64,000 nt of DNA, taken from NCBI RefSeq assembly GCF_036321535.1, contig NC_087437.1, forward strand, positions 63,366,001-63,430,000. Reading direction: 5' to 3'. Origin of the DNA: Camelus dromedarius. Its lineage: Eukaryota. Both the position numbers and the translations under genes were made by a program. Position 1 is the first letter of the stretch. Each line of letters opens with the position of its first letter. Of this stretch, positions 1-13,575 are shown piece by piece. A model generated the notes under the pieces. It saw only the letters and a list, made by a program, of their open reading frames with translations. It searched no databases and was not told where the DNA came from.

Positions 1-141
1 TGTACCTTGCCACACTGTGTCTGGTTCTGGTTAGTATGAATGAGGTTTTAAAAGACATGAATATAAGCTCTAATTAAGTTGACTGGTAGTTGTATAAGCA
101 GTATGAGATGTGAATGATCTTTTCTCCCTGTTACCTTTTAG

Positions 142-236
142 AATCTCAGGCAACTCCACATTCTAGTTATGGCTTATCCCACTCCACCCCAGTCCTGTTA
201 TCTCAGCACTCACCCTGCCCTCCAATGGTTCATTGT
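142..236 (+). CDS. CCDC14: CCDC14 internal coding exon, (E)SQATPHSSYGLSHSTPVLLSQHSPCPPMVHC
   Basis: ttttag acceptor and gtgagt donor; open frame ending in phase 0 joins the next exon; peptide resembles human CCDC14 as recalled. Confidence 0.85.
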
Positions 237-1073
237 GTGAGTACAGTTTATATACTATACAAGTAATAATTTGCATTTAGAAATTGTTATCTTAAGAGAA
301 AAAACTGAATTTGCTGATTGTATCTTATTGCCCTAGGATGTAAAGACCAATTATTTTTTCCAAGTTTTTTTTTTAATTAGAAAAGTTTTATCTGTTGATT
401 AAGGATAATGGTGAGAGGGAAAAGGGAAAGAGATTAGTAGAAAAAAGAAATCACCCATACCTACTACCAAAGTACAGTTTCTCTTGGTACATTGGCAGGG
501 CATGTTCCAGTCATTTAATTCTCTGTGTAGGTTTCATTTTCTGGTTTTAATTTATTAAGTTTGCTGTAAAAAAAAAAAACTTAGTCATAGTTAAATTGTC
601 TACAGTTTTATATACTCCTTTTTTTTTGCTTAACATTTTATTGTAATTTACTTTTTGTACCTTTTTAAATAAGTTGTTAATACTGTTTAGTGGATGTACC
701 ATAGTCTGTGGTTAGACATTTAAGTAAGTTTTTTACTCCCATAACATGTCTCTAAATATGTTTATGGAAAAGCTTTTTGTATATTTGAGCTTATTTTCTT
801 ACATTGTAGTTTCCCAAAGTGGAAGTTTGTTTTAGTCCCAAAGTGAACTAAGTTTTGATGCCTTTATGCCATTTATATATAAACAATCTATTTTAGTCAT
901 GGCTTTATAATGTTCCCATTGTGCTCAGGGGAAATTGAGCTTACTCACTGGTAGTCTTTAACTCCATCCTGCAGATGTCATTTTCCAACATTTTTATTTG
1001 AGTTTATTATAGTTAATGCCTACAAGTCAATGCTCATGTTTTTGAAGGCTTAACTTGTTTTTTCTTTCTTTAG

Positions 1074-1575
1074 GAAGTTCAGACTGATGGTGACAACAAG
1101 TTTGCATCACAGGATAAAACAACTTCTGTGAACTGTACTGATGATGTTCTAAGGAATTCCTTCAGTGCTAGTCTTGGAGTTCCATGTGGCCTGCCCCAAA
1201 CTGACAAACCAGCTATTCCAAAATTTCAGCAGCTGGATCTTGCTAATGGGATTCTGCCACAACAAAGAGTTCCTAATGAGTCAGACCTACTAAAGTGTTT
1301 CCAAACATATATGAATCTGTTGCATTCTCATCCGGACAGTCAGACACACCGAAGTCCCACTCTATTACAGCCAGCTTTCTTGGCTACCAATGAAGAAAAA
1401 TGTGCCAAAGAACAAATTGGAGAGGTTAGAGGTGAAGGAAAGGATTTAAACATACATGTGCGAGATTCAAGAAAAAAGGATGTGCAGAAGGCAAAAAACG
1501 TGAACCAGAGTGCTGAAAGAATTAGAACTATAAAGTATTTGTTGGGAGAGCTCAAGGCTCTGGTAGCAGAGCAAG
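1074..1575 (+). CDS. CCDC14: CCDC14 internal coding exon, EVQTDGDNK...IKYLLGELKALVAEQ
   Basis: Polypyrimidine tract + TAG acceptor and G|GTAGAT donor; contains ORF 1128..1583; IKYLLGELKALV motif is characteristic of CCDC14. Confidence 0.93.
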
Positions 1576-2384
1576 GTAGATAAGTACTTTATAATTTTCT
1601 GTGGCATGTCATTATTTAAAATAATCAACATGGAGTTTGTGATATTTTCCATAGAACTATGTCTTATGCTAATAAGGAAATGAATTTTGTCTGTTTTATT
1701 CTTATTTTTTAGGTTTTGATCCCTCTTATTTCCTGTGAATTTGAAATGTACTAGGGAATATCAGTCTTTTACTTGCAAGTGTTTATTCATTCTACTTGAG
1801 TGAAAGGGACCTTGAAAAGATTCAGCCAAAGATAATTTGTAAAGATAAACTTTAAGAGGTTAGAGGACCCCTAGACATGATTAACTCCCTAGAATAGAAT
1901 AACTTCCTATTTTAAAAAGGTGCAGAAATTTTCCTCTCATCGTTTCTTTAATAACCAACTGTTATAATGTTTAACAAAACTCACTTTGAGAGGGAATCCA
2001 AACCTTTTTATGCCCTTTTCAGTTTACTTTTGGGATTTTTTAATGCAATCAAGAAAAATGCTTAGGTGAAGTTATGAGATATTTGAGCCAGGTTGTATTC
2101 ATTTGTTTTCTTATGTGTGTATGTTTTAAATAATGCCTTTAGCTTGGAGTGAGTTACAGATTTGTCATCCAAAACACACAGTAATTGATTGTGGAAGCAC
2201 TGATTGAATACCTAATATCTTCAGACTGACAAAGAAATACCATATCTTAAAATTTATCTACAGGATTGTAGCAGTATTAATCCAGTGGTTTAATATATTA
2301 AAATTTCTTGTGTTTTCAGACCTTCAACTTACTACTGTTCTCTTAACCAGATGCTTAATCATGGTAACAGTAATAATAGTAACA

Positions 2385-2720
2385 ATATTGGCTGTCATGT
2401 ATTGAGTACTTACCATGTGGCCAGTACTATGCCAACTTAGTTTTATATGCATTATCTTAGTTTTATATGCATTATCTCATTTAATCCTCACATCAACCCT
2501 ATGAGGTACTGTTATTGTCCCCATTTTACAGATGAGGAAACTGAGGCTTGGAGAACAGTGTTTCATTTAATCCTCCCAGCAACCCCATGAGGTACTTTTG
2601 TTATCTCCATTTAACCACGAAGAAACCTAGGCTTCAAGAGTTAAGTAATTTGACTAAGGCATATTGCTAAGTGGTGAAACCCAGGTCTCTGCCTCTAATG
2701 CTTATCAGCGAAACCACTCT
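2385..2720 (-). mobile_element. Two adjacent MIR SINE fragments, with a 20-bp tandem duplication at ~2437-2477
   Basis: MIR core ccattttacagatgaggaaactgaggc; TTAGTTTTATATGCATTATC repeated twice. Confidence 0.75.
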
Positions 2721-3591
2721 ACAGAGGATTGATAGAAGTCTGCTCAATAATTGGGTACAGTTGTTTACTGTATGCATGTAAACTTTTCATCAGGGTGTTA
2801 AAATACTCATGGACTTGAGTAAATTTTTGTAACTTAGAATATACTTTCTACCTCTTTTGGATATCAGACAGTTAATATTATATTTATTAAATGTTTTCAA
2901 TTCACAGAAAATTTGAATAGACATGAGGGGACAAAAATAAAAGGACAGAACATCTAAAATCTACCTTCTACCTCTGCCTGTTTGCCACCTCCAAACCCGT
3001 CTACTCCCCACAATTAGTAATAAAAATGATGCTGCTTTCGATGCTACATCAAATGAGGTGTGGCTGGTTGTGTTAAATCTACTTTGTAAAATTAAACAAT
3101 GAAACCTTATCTTGGTAGACCTTCCCTCAATATTTTGCCAAATTGAATTATCTAGAGTGAATTGTTTACTTATGCTAGGATCAGAGGTTGTATTGTAAAT
3201 GTTAATACTATAATCAATTATAGGAAACCCTTTAGCAACTATAGGAGTCCAACAGAGTCTTTTGGTAAATGTGAACTAAGAGATATGTGTAAACAATCTT
3301 CCTACTAGACACTTGAACGGAAAAATCACTGCTATAATAATCTTGGCACTTAAGATTAATCTTTCATTACTGAACTTAATTTCTTTAGAATTCCTCTGGA
3401 TAAGGAAATACAGGCTGCAGGAAAGAGAAAAATAGGATTTGTATAATAAATTCACAAATAACTGAATTGAATTTGTTTATAGAAAGTATGAATGTATCTG
3501 AAACATTTTCTTTTTAAGTAATACATATGAATAATCTTATCCAAAAGCAATTTATAATATTACCTTTACTCATTTCTTCTGTCTTTTATAG

Positions 3592-3733
3592 AAGATTCAG
3601 AAATTCAGAGGTTGCTTACAGAATTGGAGTTGTGTTTATCTCTGCTTCCAGCAGTAAGTGGAAATGCAAATATTCAGGTGGAAATAGCACTGGCCATGCA
3701 ACCACTAAGAAGTGAAAATGCTCAGTTACGCAG
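3592..3733 (+). CDS. CCDC14: CCDC14 exon, (E)[12 protein letters not shown]...[18 protein letters not shown]
   Basis: ttttatag acceptor and AG|GTAAGA donor; phases 1/2 match both neighbours; conserved [18 protein letters not shown] motif. Confidence 0.93.
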
Positions 3734-4004
3734 GTAAGAATTATTCTATGAATTTTTTTGTCTCTGTGCAAAGATGTCCCATCGCCAGAACAAAAGTGCC
3801 TGATGACCTATCTAAGGCTTCATAAGGACGACAGATACACTATCTTACTGTGTTTCTACTATTTCTTCCCCATTTTCCAAACATTGCCAGCATCCTCTAC
3901 TCTCCCATTACTTCTGCTCACTAGTACGTATTTTATACCACCTCTTTCACATCTGTAGTCACTTGGTTGGTAGTGAATGGAGAGGAAGAAGTACCTCAGG
4001 GTAC

Positions 4005-4400
4005 TACCAGGCTAGTCTAGGCTATGCTGCAGTAGCAAACTCCAAAATCTCAGTTGGTATAGCAGAGCAAAAGTTTATCTCTCCCTCACACCAGGACCAG
4101 CATGGGTCCTCAGGATTTAATCCTGTGACTCAGGATTTAGGTTCCCTCTGTCTTAGGATCCACTGTCTCAGCGTATGTTTTTCAGGAAAAAGAGAACATA
4201 GATGTGGCACACCAGCTCTTAAATGCTCATGTCCCCAGAAGTGGGACAGTCTCACTTCTCCATAGATTTTACAGGCTAAAGTGAAACTTACTGCCTTGCC
4301 TAATATAAAGATCTGGGATATGAAATTTTCTCATACTTCCCATATACTCCAGAAGGAAAGGAGAACCTGGTATGGTTGAACACTAGTAGCCCACTACACT
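4005..4400. mobile_element. MLT1-type (MaLR) LTR remnant
   Basis: ctaggctatgctgcagtagcaaactccaaaatctcagt...aaagtttat motif typical of old MLT1 LTRs; subfamily not resolved. Confidence 0.6.
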
Positions 4401-5653
4401 TACACATAGGAAAAAAATCATTTAAATTCTTAGGTAATTTTTCTTTTGGCTCTCTTAAGTTAGGTTGAAATTATGGTCTTAATTTGTTTAGGAAAGACAT
4501 AAACCAGGTACCTAATGTTGAAATACAGAAACCACTTACATGTTATCAATAATATCTTAACTTTGAACATTTCAGTGGTGATCACCAAGACCACTGCTCC
4601 AGTGTCTGTTTATCAGTATACTTTGGAGAGAATTGGAGCACATTTTCAGGTGCTTCTGCAGCACTGCAGCACTCCTGTGCCCTGGGAGGGCATTACAGTT
4701 ACATGAGCTGTAGACATTGTACCAGATAAGAACTGCAAGGACCTGCATAAACATTCTTAAGAAACTAGAAAGCAATAAAATAGAATTTCTAGTTGGAGGA
4801 TAGCTTAAATTCATGGATCTGGAGCCTGCAAAGGCACAATAGCTAGTGAGATTTGCTTGTTTAGGATTATTTCTCTAAAGATCATTAGTCTCTAGATACT
4901 ATGATATATGATGGGGTTTAAACTCTAGTAATTTTGTCTTCAGTCCTGACCTAAGGGATTCCTATAGTAGCATTAGTTTTTCAAAATCAAAACTAAGTGT
5001 AAATAATAATAATGATAATAGCCAAACCTACTACTAACATTTATGGAATGTTTCTTATGTGCCAGGCTACTATCCTTTATATGTGCCATCTCTTTAAATT
5101 CTACAACAGCTCTATGAAGTAGATGTTATGTTATTCTTATTTACAGCTGAGGAAACCAAGGCACAGAGACATTATGTAACTTAACCCAAGGCTATGGATC
5201 TCTGTAAAAGACAAGACTCAAACCTGAGCAGTTTAATTTTAGAGTGCATTGAGTTTAATTTCTATACTTCTAACTTGCCTCTGCTTGGAATTAGAGACTA
5301 GTTTATGCTTCACTGTTTAGCTGTTTTTTATGGAACAAAAGAATATAATCCATTTAAAATAAACATGTATATTTTTAAAGGTATGACTATCAAATAATTA
5401 GTTTTTAAACAAGCATACCAGAACTTAGTCTCCACATATTATCTATTTCAACATTGTGACCATGGGAAATATCAGTGGTTGTTATTTATTTCTATTCCTT
5501 AGGACATTTTAGAATTGCTTTAGGAGCTAATTTATTAGCCACTTAAGAAAATGAGACTTACTGCTTTATTGGTCACTGCGTGTTTTTAATTTTTTAAAAA
5601 GATATTAGTTTGATGTCTAACTTAATTCTTCAGACTTGGCACCAAAGCTTTTT

Positions 5654-6896
5654 TTCCTTAATTAAATTAAATTTTATTTTTTTAAACTGAAGTATAGTCA
5701 GTTTATACTGTTGTGTCAATTTCTGGTGTATAGCACAATGCTTCAGTCATACATGAATATACATATATTCATTTTTGTATTATTTTTCACTGTAAGCCAC
5801 TAAAGATATCCAATATAGTTCCCTGTGCTATACAGTATAAACTTGTTTATCTACTTTATATATAGCAGCCAGTATCTGCAAATCTCGAACTCCCTGTTTA
5901 TCCTTTCCCACCCTCTTCCCACCCCCAACCTCCCATAACCACAAGGTTGTTTTCTATGTCTGTGAATCTGTTTCTGTTTTACATATAAGTTCATTTCCTC
6001 TTTTTTTTTTTTTTTTGGATTCCCCATATGAGTGATATCATATGGTATTTTCTTTCTCTTTCTGGCTTACTTCTCTTAGAATGACATTCTCCAGGGCCAT
6101 CCATGTTGCAGCAAATGGCATTATTTTGTTATTTTTTATGGCTGAGTAGTATTCCATTAAATATACTGCAACTTCTTCATCCAGTCATCTCTCGATGGAC
6201 ATTTAGGTTATTTCCATATTATGTGTCTTGGATATTGTAAATAGTGCTGGTATGAACATTGAAGTGCAGGTGTCTTTTTGAATTAAGGTTCCCTCTGGAT
6301 ATATGCCCAGGAGTGGGATTGCTGGATCATATGTAAGTCCATTTTTAGTCTTTTGAGGAATCTCCATGCTGTTTTCCACAATGGCTGCACCAAACTGCAT
6401 TCCCACCAACAGTATAGGAGGGTTCCCTTTTCTCCATACCCTCTCCAGCATTTATCGTTTGTGGACTTTTGAATGATGGCCATTCTGACTGGTGTGAGGT
6501 GATACCTCATTGTAGTTTTTGATTTGTATTTCTCTGATAATTAGTGATATTGAGCATTTTTTCATGTGCCTATTGGCCATTCATATGTCTTCATTGGAGA
6601 ATTGCTTGTTTAGGTCTTCTGCCCATTTTTGGATTAGGTTATTTGTTTTTTTCTTATTAAGTCTTATGAGCTGTTTATATATTTCTGGAAATCAAGCCTT
6701 GTCAGTCTCATCTTTTGCAAATATTTTCTCCCATTCTGTAGGTTGTTGTTTTGTATTGTTTAGGGTTTCCTTTGCTGTGCAAAAGCTTGTAAGCTTAATT
6801 AGGTCTCATTTGTTTATTTTTGCTTTTATTTCTATTGCCTGGGTAGACTGCCCTAGGAAAACATTGCCGAGATGTATGTGAGATAATGTTTTGCTC
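5654..6896 (-). mobile_element. Young 5'-truncated L1 (ORF2 C-terminus + 3'UTR) with 16-bp TSD
   Basis: ORF2 peptide [16 protein letters not shown]...[33 protein letters not shown] at 5638-5653 and 6897-6912. Confidence 0.93.
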
Positions 6897-8328
6897 GGCA
6901 CCAAAGCTTTTTGGCTCTGTGTCCTTAGAGCACAAAGATTATATGGCATGTTACTGCCACTATGTACCTGAGCTTCTAAAAGTGAAATTATTGAAAAATG
7001 AAGAATTTGTCAGATATGCTCTTTTTAGCAGAATGAGATTTCCAGAAGTATAAGAAGTTTCGTGTCTCTCTGGTAATCTTTATTTAAAAAGAGTTGTCTG
7101 TAATCTCCATTACAAATGAAAGTTGGAATGTGTAGGCTCATTCAAAAGTGTTTTGCAGAATTTTCAATCAAAGAAAATTTTTTTTCTTGTTTGGACATTT
7201 TGAAACTTCATGTTCCTTTTTAGCCAGAAAACTGATCTTTCAAGGACTTTTTCGGTGTTTATTGCCATCTTGTGGCTTAAAAAAAAATAGCTAGCTGCAT
7301 TATTTCTTTGGCATTTGGGGCTGCACTGTTTTTATGTGGAACTCCTGACGCAGTACTTAACATTTAGCTTTCCTGGTTCCTACTCACATAATGTCAGTAG
7401 TGCCCCATTCAAGTGTGACCACCAAAAGCCCTGGCACATTCCAAAATTTTCTAGATGAGGGTTGGGGGTTCCAGTTAAGCTAGAGAGTACCTTAATATTT
7501 AAAGGGCAAGTTGGAATTCATGACCATTTCTTGATTTTAGACTCAAATACAAGACCATTTGGTACCCATACAGAACAAAAAAATGAAATGGAAGTGAGTA
7601 GAAGGAGCTAGGGTGTGGCATTCAGTCTTTTGGCCTGATAATTTGACATATGGTAACATGATTCTTCCAGATGGAAGTTACTAGAGGAAGAATATATTAT
7701 TTTTTTAATTTCATTTTATTTTTGTGTTAGAGGATGTAGAGGGAGAGCCAGTGAGTTAGGATTTAGACAGGCTGAATGTGTCATTTAGACCACCTAGAGA
7801 TACGTGTGGTGTGAGTCAAGCCACGAACAAGATCCAGGATAGAAATGTAAGCTTGGGAGTTGTTCACTGAACACAGTTTTACTGAGCGTTTGCTATTTAT
7901 CTGGCACTGCTGTAGGCACTGGAGATGGTAATGATTGAAAGCAAGTGATTTGTTATCAGCATATAAATGGTAGACTTACCAAGAGGGTGTGGACTGTGAA
8001 CACAGCCAAGGGTGAATTACTGGGCAGTAACAGCTTTTTAAGGAGAGAACACAGGAAGAGGAGCCAGGGAAAGAAACCTGAGGAGCAAATGGGGAGGTAG
8101 CAGGAAAACTGGGAGAGAGGGATGTCACAAAAGCTACAGGAAGGAAGAATTTATGGATCTTTGTATAACATTCAAAATAAAGAAATTGACCAAAGGGACA
8201 AGGATAGGTCACGAATAAACATCACAAGACAAATCACCCAAAGAAAACCTATGAAAGCTTGAAACAATATTCTGTAGTTTCAAGGAAATTAAAGGTGATA
8301 GAGTATGTCTTAGAAGCAGGAAGAGAGA

Positions 8329-8538
8329 ATAACTAATATGTATAAAAATAAACAACAAGTTCATACTGTATAGCACAGGGAACTGTATTCAATATCTTGT
8401 AGTAACTTATGGTGAAAAAGAATATGAAAACAAATATATGTATGTTCATGTATGACTAAAGCATTATCCTTTACACCAAAAATTGACACAACATTGTAAA
8501 CTGACTATACTTCAATAAAAATATATATATACAAAAAA
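8329..8538 (+). mobile_element. Short young L1 3'-end insertion with TSD
   Basis: Ends ...gtaaactgactatacttcaataaaa + A-tail; TSD AAGCAGGAAGAGAGA at 8314-8328 and 8539-8553. Confidence 0.9.
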
Positions 8539-8879
8539 AAGCAGGAAGAGAGATTGAAAAAGATAGAGTACTTAAAGGAAAAAAGACAAAAGGAGAAGAA
8601 AAATAGATTAGGTGAGCACAGGAAAATAAGATAGAAAAGCAAAAACTATTACAAAAATGAAAGCCCTGTTGGAAACAACAAAAAAAATGAGCATCAAACA
8701 AACATCAAGTCAGGAATATTATATTCCATTAGAACTTAAGCAATATGAAGGCTGAATTTTGTTGTTTTGTTTTTTGTGGTTTGCTGCCCCCCAACAAATC
8801 TCTCTGTTTCATTTGCCACTATTCATAGTTCAATGTCTCCTATAAGCCTTAGTTTATTTCTCTTCACAAACCCTTTAAA

Positions 8880-9120
8880 TATTTTTATTAATTTATTTTT
8901 GTTGTGGTATAATATATGACAGTATTTTTTTTAACCATTTATAAATGTACATTGCTTTGGCATTAAACACATTCACAATACTGCGTAGCAATAACCACTA
9001 TCTGTACCGAAAACCTTTTCATCCCCGACATAAAGCCTGTACCGATTAAAGAATAAGTCCCCTTCTCTTTTCCCTCAAGTCCCTGATAACCTCTGTTCTC
9101 CTTTCTGTCTCTGTGAACCT
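8880..9120 (-). mobile_element. Old L1 (L1MB-like) 3' end
   Basis: ggcattaaacacattcacaata...accactatct...ttttcatcccc motif. Confidence 0.7.
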
Positions 9121-9229
9121 GAGAAGGCTGCATTTTCATCTTCTTTGTTAGCTCCAATGCTGAGAATTGTGCCTAGCACTCACTCTAATAAATATTTGTT
9201 GAATGACTGAATGCGGTAGATAAGTTTGA

Positions 9230-9900
9230 AGAATTCATACAAAACAGAATAGAAAAAGATTGATCTAAACATTATTGAGAATGTGTGATACATATGGAAG
9301 AGAAAGAAAAGAGATGCAAAATTGGCGTAATTAGTGTTTCTGGAAAAAAGAGGAGAACAAATAGGTTAAAGATAATATTAAAAGATATATAAATAAGAGG
9401 AAACAACTAATCTACAGATCTGTGTCAGCAGATAATAGGGTATACAACTGCTCAGAAAAACTATGCAAAACAATCAACACCAAGATGTAAGGTAAAGTTA
9501 CTATACCTTAAGGACAAAAAAATTTAACTTAATAGATACTCAAAAGAAAAGCCATTCATAAAGAGAAAAATATCAAGCTGGTCCCAACCTTTTCACAGTA
9601 ATATTCATTGCCAGAAGATTATAGAACATCATTTACCAAGTTCTGAGGGAAACAAAGTATGCCCCAAGAATCTCACATGTGGTCCAGCAATCCTTTTAGT
9701 GTAAAGGCAATAGTCATACTCTAAAGTGTGCAAGAACTTAGGAAATACAGTCCCCTTGGACTCTTTTAAAAACAAAAAGATTCTGGAATGAAAAAGTCCA
9801 TTCAACCAAGAGATGAGTTCAAATAAAGGAGTAGATTAGAGATGAACATTGAATCTATATATGAACTAAGACAACTGTGAGATTATGGGCTCAGGCTAGA
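9230..9900 (+). mobile_element. Ancient L1/HAL1 ORF1-like remnant
   Basis: A-rich degenerate ORF1-like sequence (gccagaagattatagaac...ttctgagggaaa); subfamily unresolved. Confidence 0.45.
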
Positions 9901-10214
9901 ATGTGTTAGTAATAGTGACAATAAAAATTCCAAAATCAATGTTTTTCATTTTTCATATCCATATTTCCTTTATTTTAGGCTGTTTAGGAATAATTTTTTC
10001 TGAAGTAAAGAAATATTTGCCTAAAGTTCATTAGTTCTGGTTTCACTTGTTACTTTTCTTTCAGTTGAAATCATGTAATCCTAAATTCAATACAAAATAT
10101 TTTAACATAGTATTTGTAGTATCATCTCACAATTTAAAAATACTGTTTAGCTAATTTTTTTCTGTCTGTATATACTAGAAAAATGTCTGAATCATATTCA
10201 GTATTATTTCTGTT

Positions 10215-12115
10215 CAGTATTGTGCTAGAGTTTCTACCCAGCGCAATAAGGCAAGGAAAAGAAATAAAAGCCAGCCCACATTGAAAATGAAAGTAGTAAA
10301 GCTGTCTTATTCACAGATGACATCATAATCTTTGTAGAAAATCCTATGGAATCTACAAAAAAAGCTACTGGGATTAATAAGTGATCTTAGTAAGGTTGCA
10401 GGATATGAGATCAGTATACAAAAGGCAATTAATTATATTTCCGTGTACTAGCAATGAACAATTTGAAATGAAATTTAAAATCAGTACTATTTATAGTAGC
10501 ATCAAAAATATGAACAGTTCAGGGATAAATTTGATAGAAGATTTCTAAGACTTGTACACTGAAAACTACAAAACATTGCTGAGAGAAATTAAAGAAGACC
10601 TATGTAAGTGAGAGATAAACCAGATCCTCTGACTATAAGATTTACTGTTGTTAAGATGCAGTTCTCCCCAGATTGATCTGTAGATTATGTGTAATTCCAG
10701 TGAAAACCCCAGCAAGTTTTTTGTAGAAAGATGATTCTAAAATTTATATGGAAGATAAAGTCTAAAATAACCAAAACAACTTTGGGAAAGGAGAATGAAA
10801 TTTTACTGTCCTATTTCAAGACAAGTTACAGTTTACAACTATAAATTATAGTAATCAAGACAGTGTGGCATTAGCATAAATATAGACAAATAGATCACTG
10901 AAACAATAGAAACAAACTCGCACATGGATAACTTATTTTTGACGAAGATGCCAAGGAAATGCAATGGGGAAAGAATAATCTTTTCAGTAAGTAATGCTGG
11001 AACAATTGGAGAGCTGTACACCAAAAAAAAAAAAAAAAAGGAACCTCAATCTTTACTTTTACACTGTATGTAAAATTAATTTGAAATGAATCACAGATCT
11101 TAATATACAAGCTAAATTTACAGAACACGGGAGGAAGACTTAGTTACTTCGGGTTGGGAAAAATTTCTTAAATACAACAAAAGAACTAGAAAAGAAAAAA
11201 ATGAATTGGAATTCATCAACATTTAAAACTTTGGCTCTTCAAAAGACACTAAAAATGAAGAAGCAGACAATAAACAAAATATTTGCAATCCATATGTCTA
11301 GAATGCTTAAAGGATGGTTACAGCTCAATAAGACAAATACACAGTTTAAAAATGGGCAAAATATTTGAATACTTTGTCAAAGATACATAGGTATCAAAGA
11401 AACACATGAAAATATGCTCATTATCATTAATCATTAGGAAAATGCAAATTAAAACCATGATGAGATACTACTACATACCCACTAGAATGAGTAAAATTCA
11501 AAAGACCACACCATGTGTTAGTGAAGATGCTGAGGAACTGAAGCTTTCATAATTTGCCGATGGGAATGTAAAATGGTACAGCCACTTTGGAAAACAGTTT
11601 GGCAGTTTCTTAGAAATACAAATACACCATATGACCCAGTCATTCCGCTCCTAGGTATTTACCCAAGAGAAGTGAAAGTGTATGTGCACACAAAAACTTG
11701 TTCATGTGTATTCATAGTAAACAACCCAAATGTCTGTGAACAGGTGAATGGATAAACAAATGATGGTACATTCATACAGTAGAACACCACTCAACAGTAG
11801 GAAGGAAGGACCTATTGGTATGTGCAACAGCATGGGTGGATCTCAAAATGATTATGCTAAGTGAAGAAACCAGGCTAAAAGTATATATTGTATGCTTTCA
11901 TTTACAATATAATTAGATAAAATTCTAGAAAATGCAAACTAATTTATAAATCAGTAGTTGTCTGGCAAGGGAATGTTATTAAATGGACCTGAGGAAACTT
12001 TAGCGGGTGATGAATATCTTAATTGTGTTGATGGTTTCACAAATCCTATGTTAAACTTACCAAATTATGTACTTTAAATATGTACAGTTTATTGTATATC
12101 AGTTTTATCTCAAAG
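10215..12115 (+). mobile_element. Old L1 (L1M) ORF2 3' half and 3'UTR
   Basis: RT-region ttcacagatgacat; ORF MVQPLWKTVWQFL...[13 protein letters not shown]1-type 3' end. Confidence 0.88.
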
Positions 12116-12125
12116 CTGTATTTTA

Positions 12126-12163
12126 TTTGCTTATTTATTTACTTTGGGGGGGAGGTAATTAGG
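12126..12163 (-). mobile_element. Ultra-short 3' tail of the tRNA-derived SINE, with TSD
   Basis: Reverse complement reads CCTAATTACCTCCCCCCC + A-rich tail, like the SINE tail at ~25100; flanked by AAAGCT(G/A)TATTTTA at 12112 and 12167. Confidence 0.7.
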
Positions 12164-12699
12164 AATAAAGCTATATTTTAAAGAATGATTGGGAAAAAAA
12201 GAAATGCTTGTCTAAATGTCAGCAGTTCTTCCTTTCCTTTGTTAAAATCAAGTAAACGTAAGTATAAAACACAATATTTTAAAATAATGCATAAAACATT
12301 ATCCATTTTTAAAAGACATCTTTTATGTTTTATCAAGTATTACTCTAATAAAACAATCATTTTTTAAAAACCTGGCCCTGAAAGCTGAGGATGTGAGGGA
12401 AGAGAGTAGCTAGTTCTACAGTTAGGTTGGAGGGAATGTTTTCTTAATACAGAAGCAATTTTATTATGCTCTCAACTCAGGCGCATGAACTAGCAAAAGA
12501 GAAGAGAAGGGACATACAGAATTGTCAAGCAAATCTTCTGTTACACAGTTGGTGTGTAAGAGGACCTGCTGTTTTTCTGGAAAATACCAGAAGAAGCATT
12601 CCAGTTGAAGTTATGAAGTACCAGTCTATGCCGCCTTTTCTAGATCTGCCCTCTTTGTTATAAAGGAGAAGCCTTTTCAGAAAAGCTGAATTTTATTAA

Positions 12700-13575
12700 A
12701 ACAAAGATGAGGTTGTATTACACTGTTGTTCTGTAGCTTGCTTTTTTTTTTACTTTATATGATCTCTTGGAGAGCTTTCCATGTCAGTCTCTTTTTTTTA
12801 ATACCTGTGTATTAGTATTTCACAGTATGGATATATCATAATTTATACAGCATTTTAAATTATTTCCAACTTCTCACTATTAAATACTGCTATTGTGAAC
12901 ATCCTTGTTTATATCGACAAGATTATGGATGTTTTTGCACATATACAACTATTTCTGTGGCTTAGAGCTAGAATTATTTTGTCACAGATTATGAGCATTT
13001 TACATTTTGTTGGATAATGCCAGAATACCATCCAAAATGGTTATACCAGTAGACTCCTATCAGTTGAGATAATTCATTTCCATATACTGTCACCAACAAA
13101 AAGTGCTATGTCCTTTTATTTTGTCAATTCTATTGCCTTAAAATGCCTCCTGTTTTAAATTTTTATTTCTTCATATTAGTGAGACAGCATTTTTCATATG
13201 CTTATAGATGATTTCTATTTTATTTCTTATGTGAATTTCCCATTCTTGGTCATATTTTACTGCCTTTCTTACTGATTCGTAGAAGCTCTTAAATGTTACA
13301 GACCTTTTGTCTGTTATATGTGCAGCAGGTATTTTCTTTTAGGCTGTATTAATTCTAGAGCAAATTTCAATTTTTGATATAGTTAAATCTTTTATTTTCC
13401 TTGGTGGTTGCTGGATTTTGAGTCTTGCTTAGGAATGCCTTTCCCTCTTCAAGGTTACATAGATTTCCACCTAAAACTTGTATAGTTAGATTTTGTTTGT
13501 TTTTGTATTTTATGTTTAGTTCTTTGATCCATTCTGAATTAATACATACAAGTGATGTGAGGTAGGATCTATCGT
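12700..13575 (-). mobile_element. Ancient L1 (L1ME-like) remnant
   Basis: Degenerate antisense L1 3' sequence (ctattgtgaacatccttg..., ttgcttaggaatgcctt). Confidence 0.6.

Noticed and set aside
6203..6881. ORFs of 75-120 aa
   Set aside because: Fragments of L1 ORF2 and its antisense frame, not host genes.
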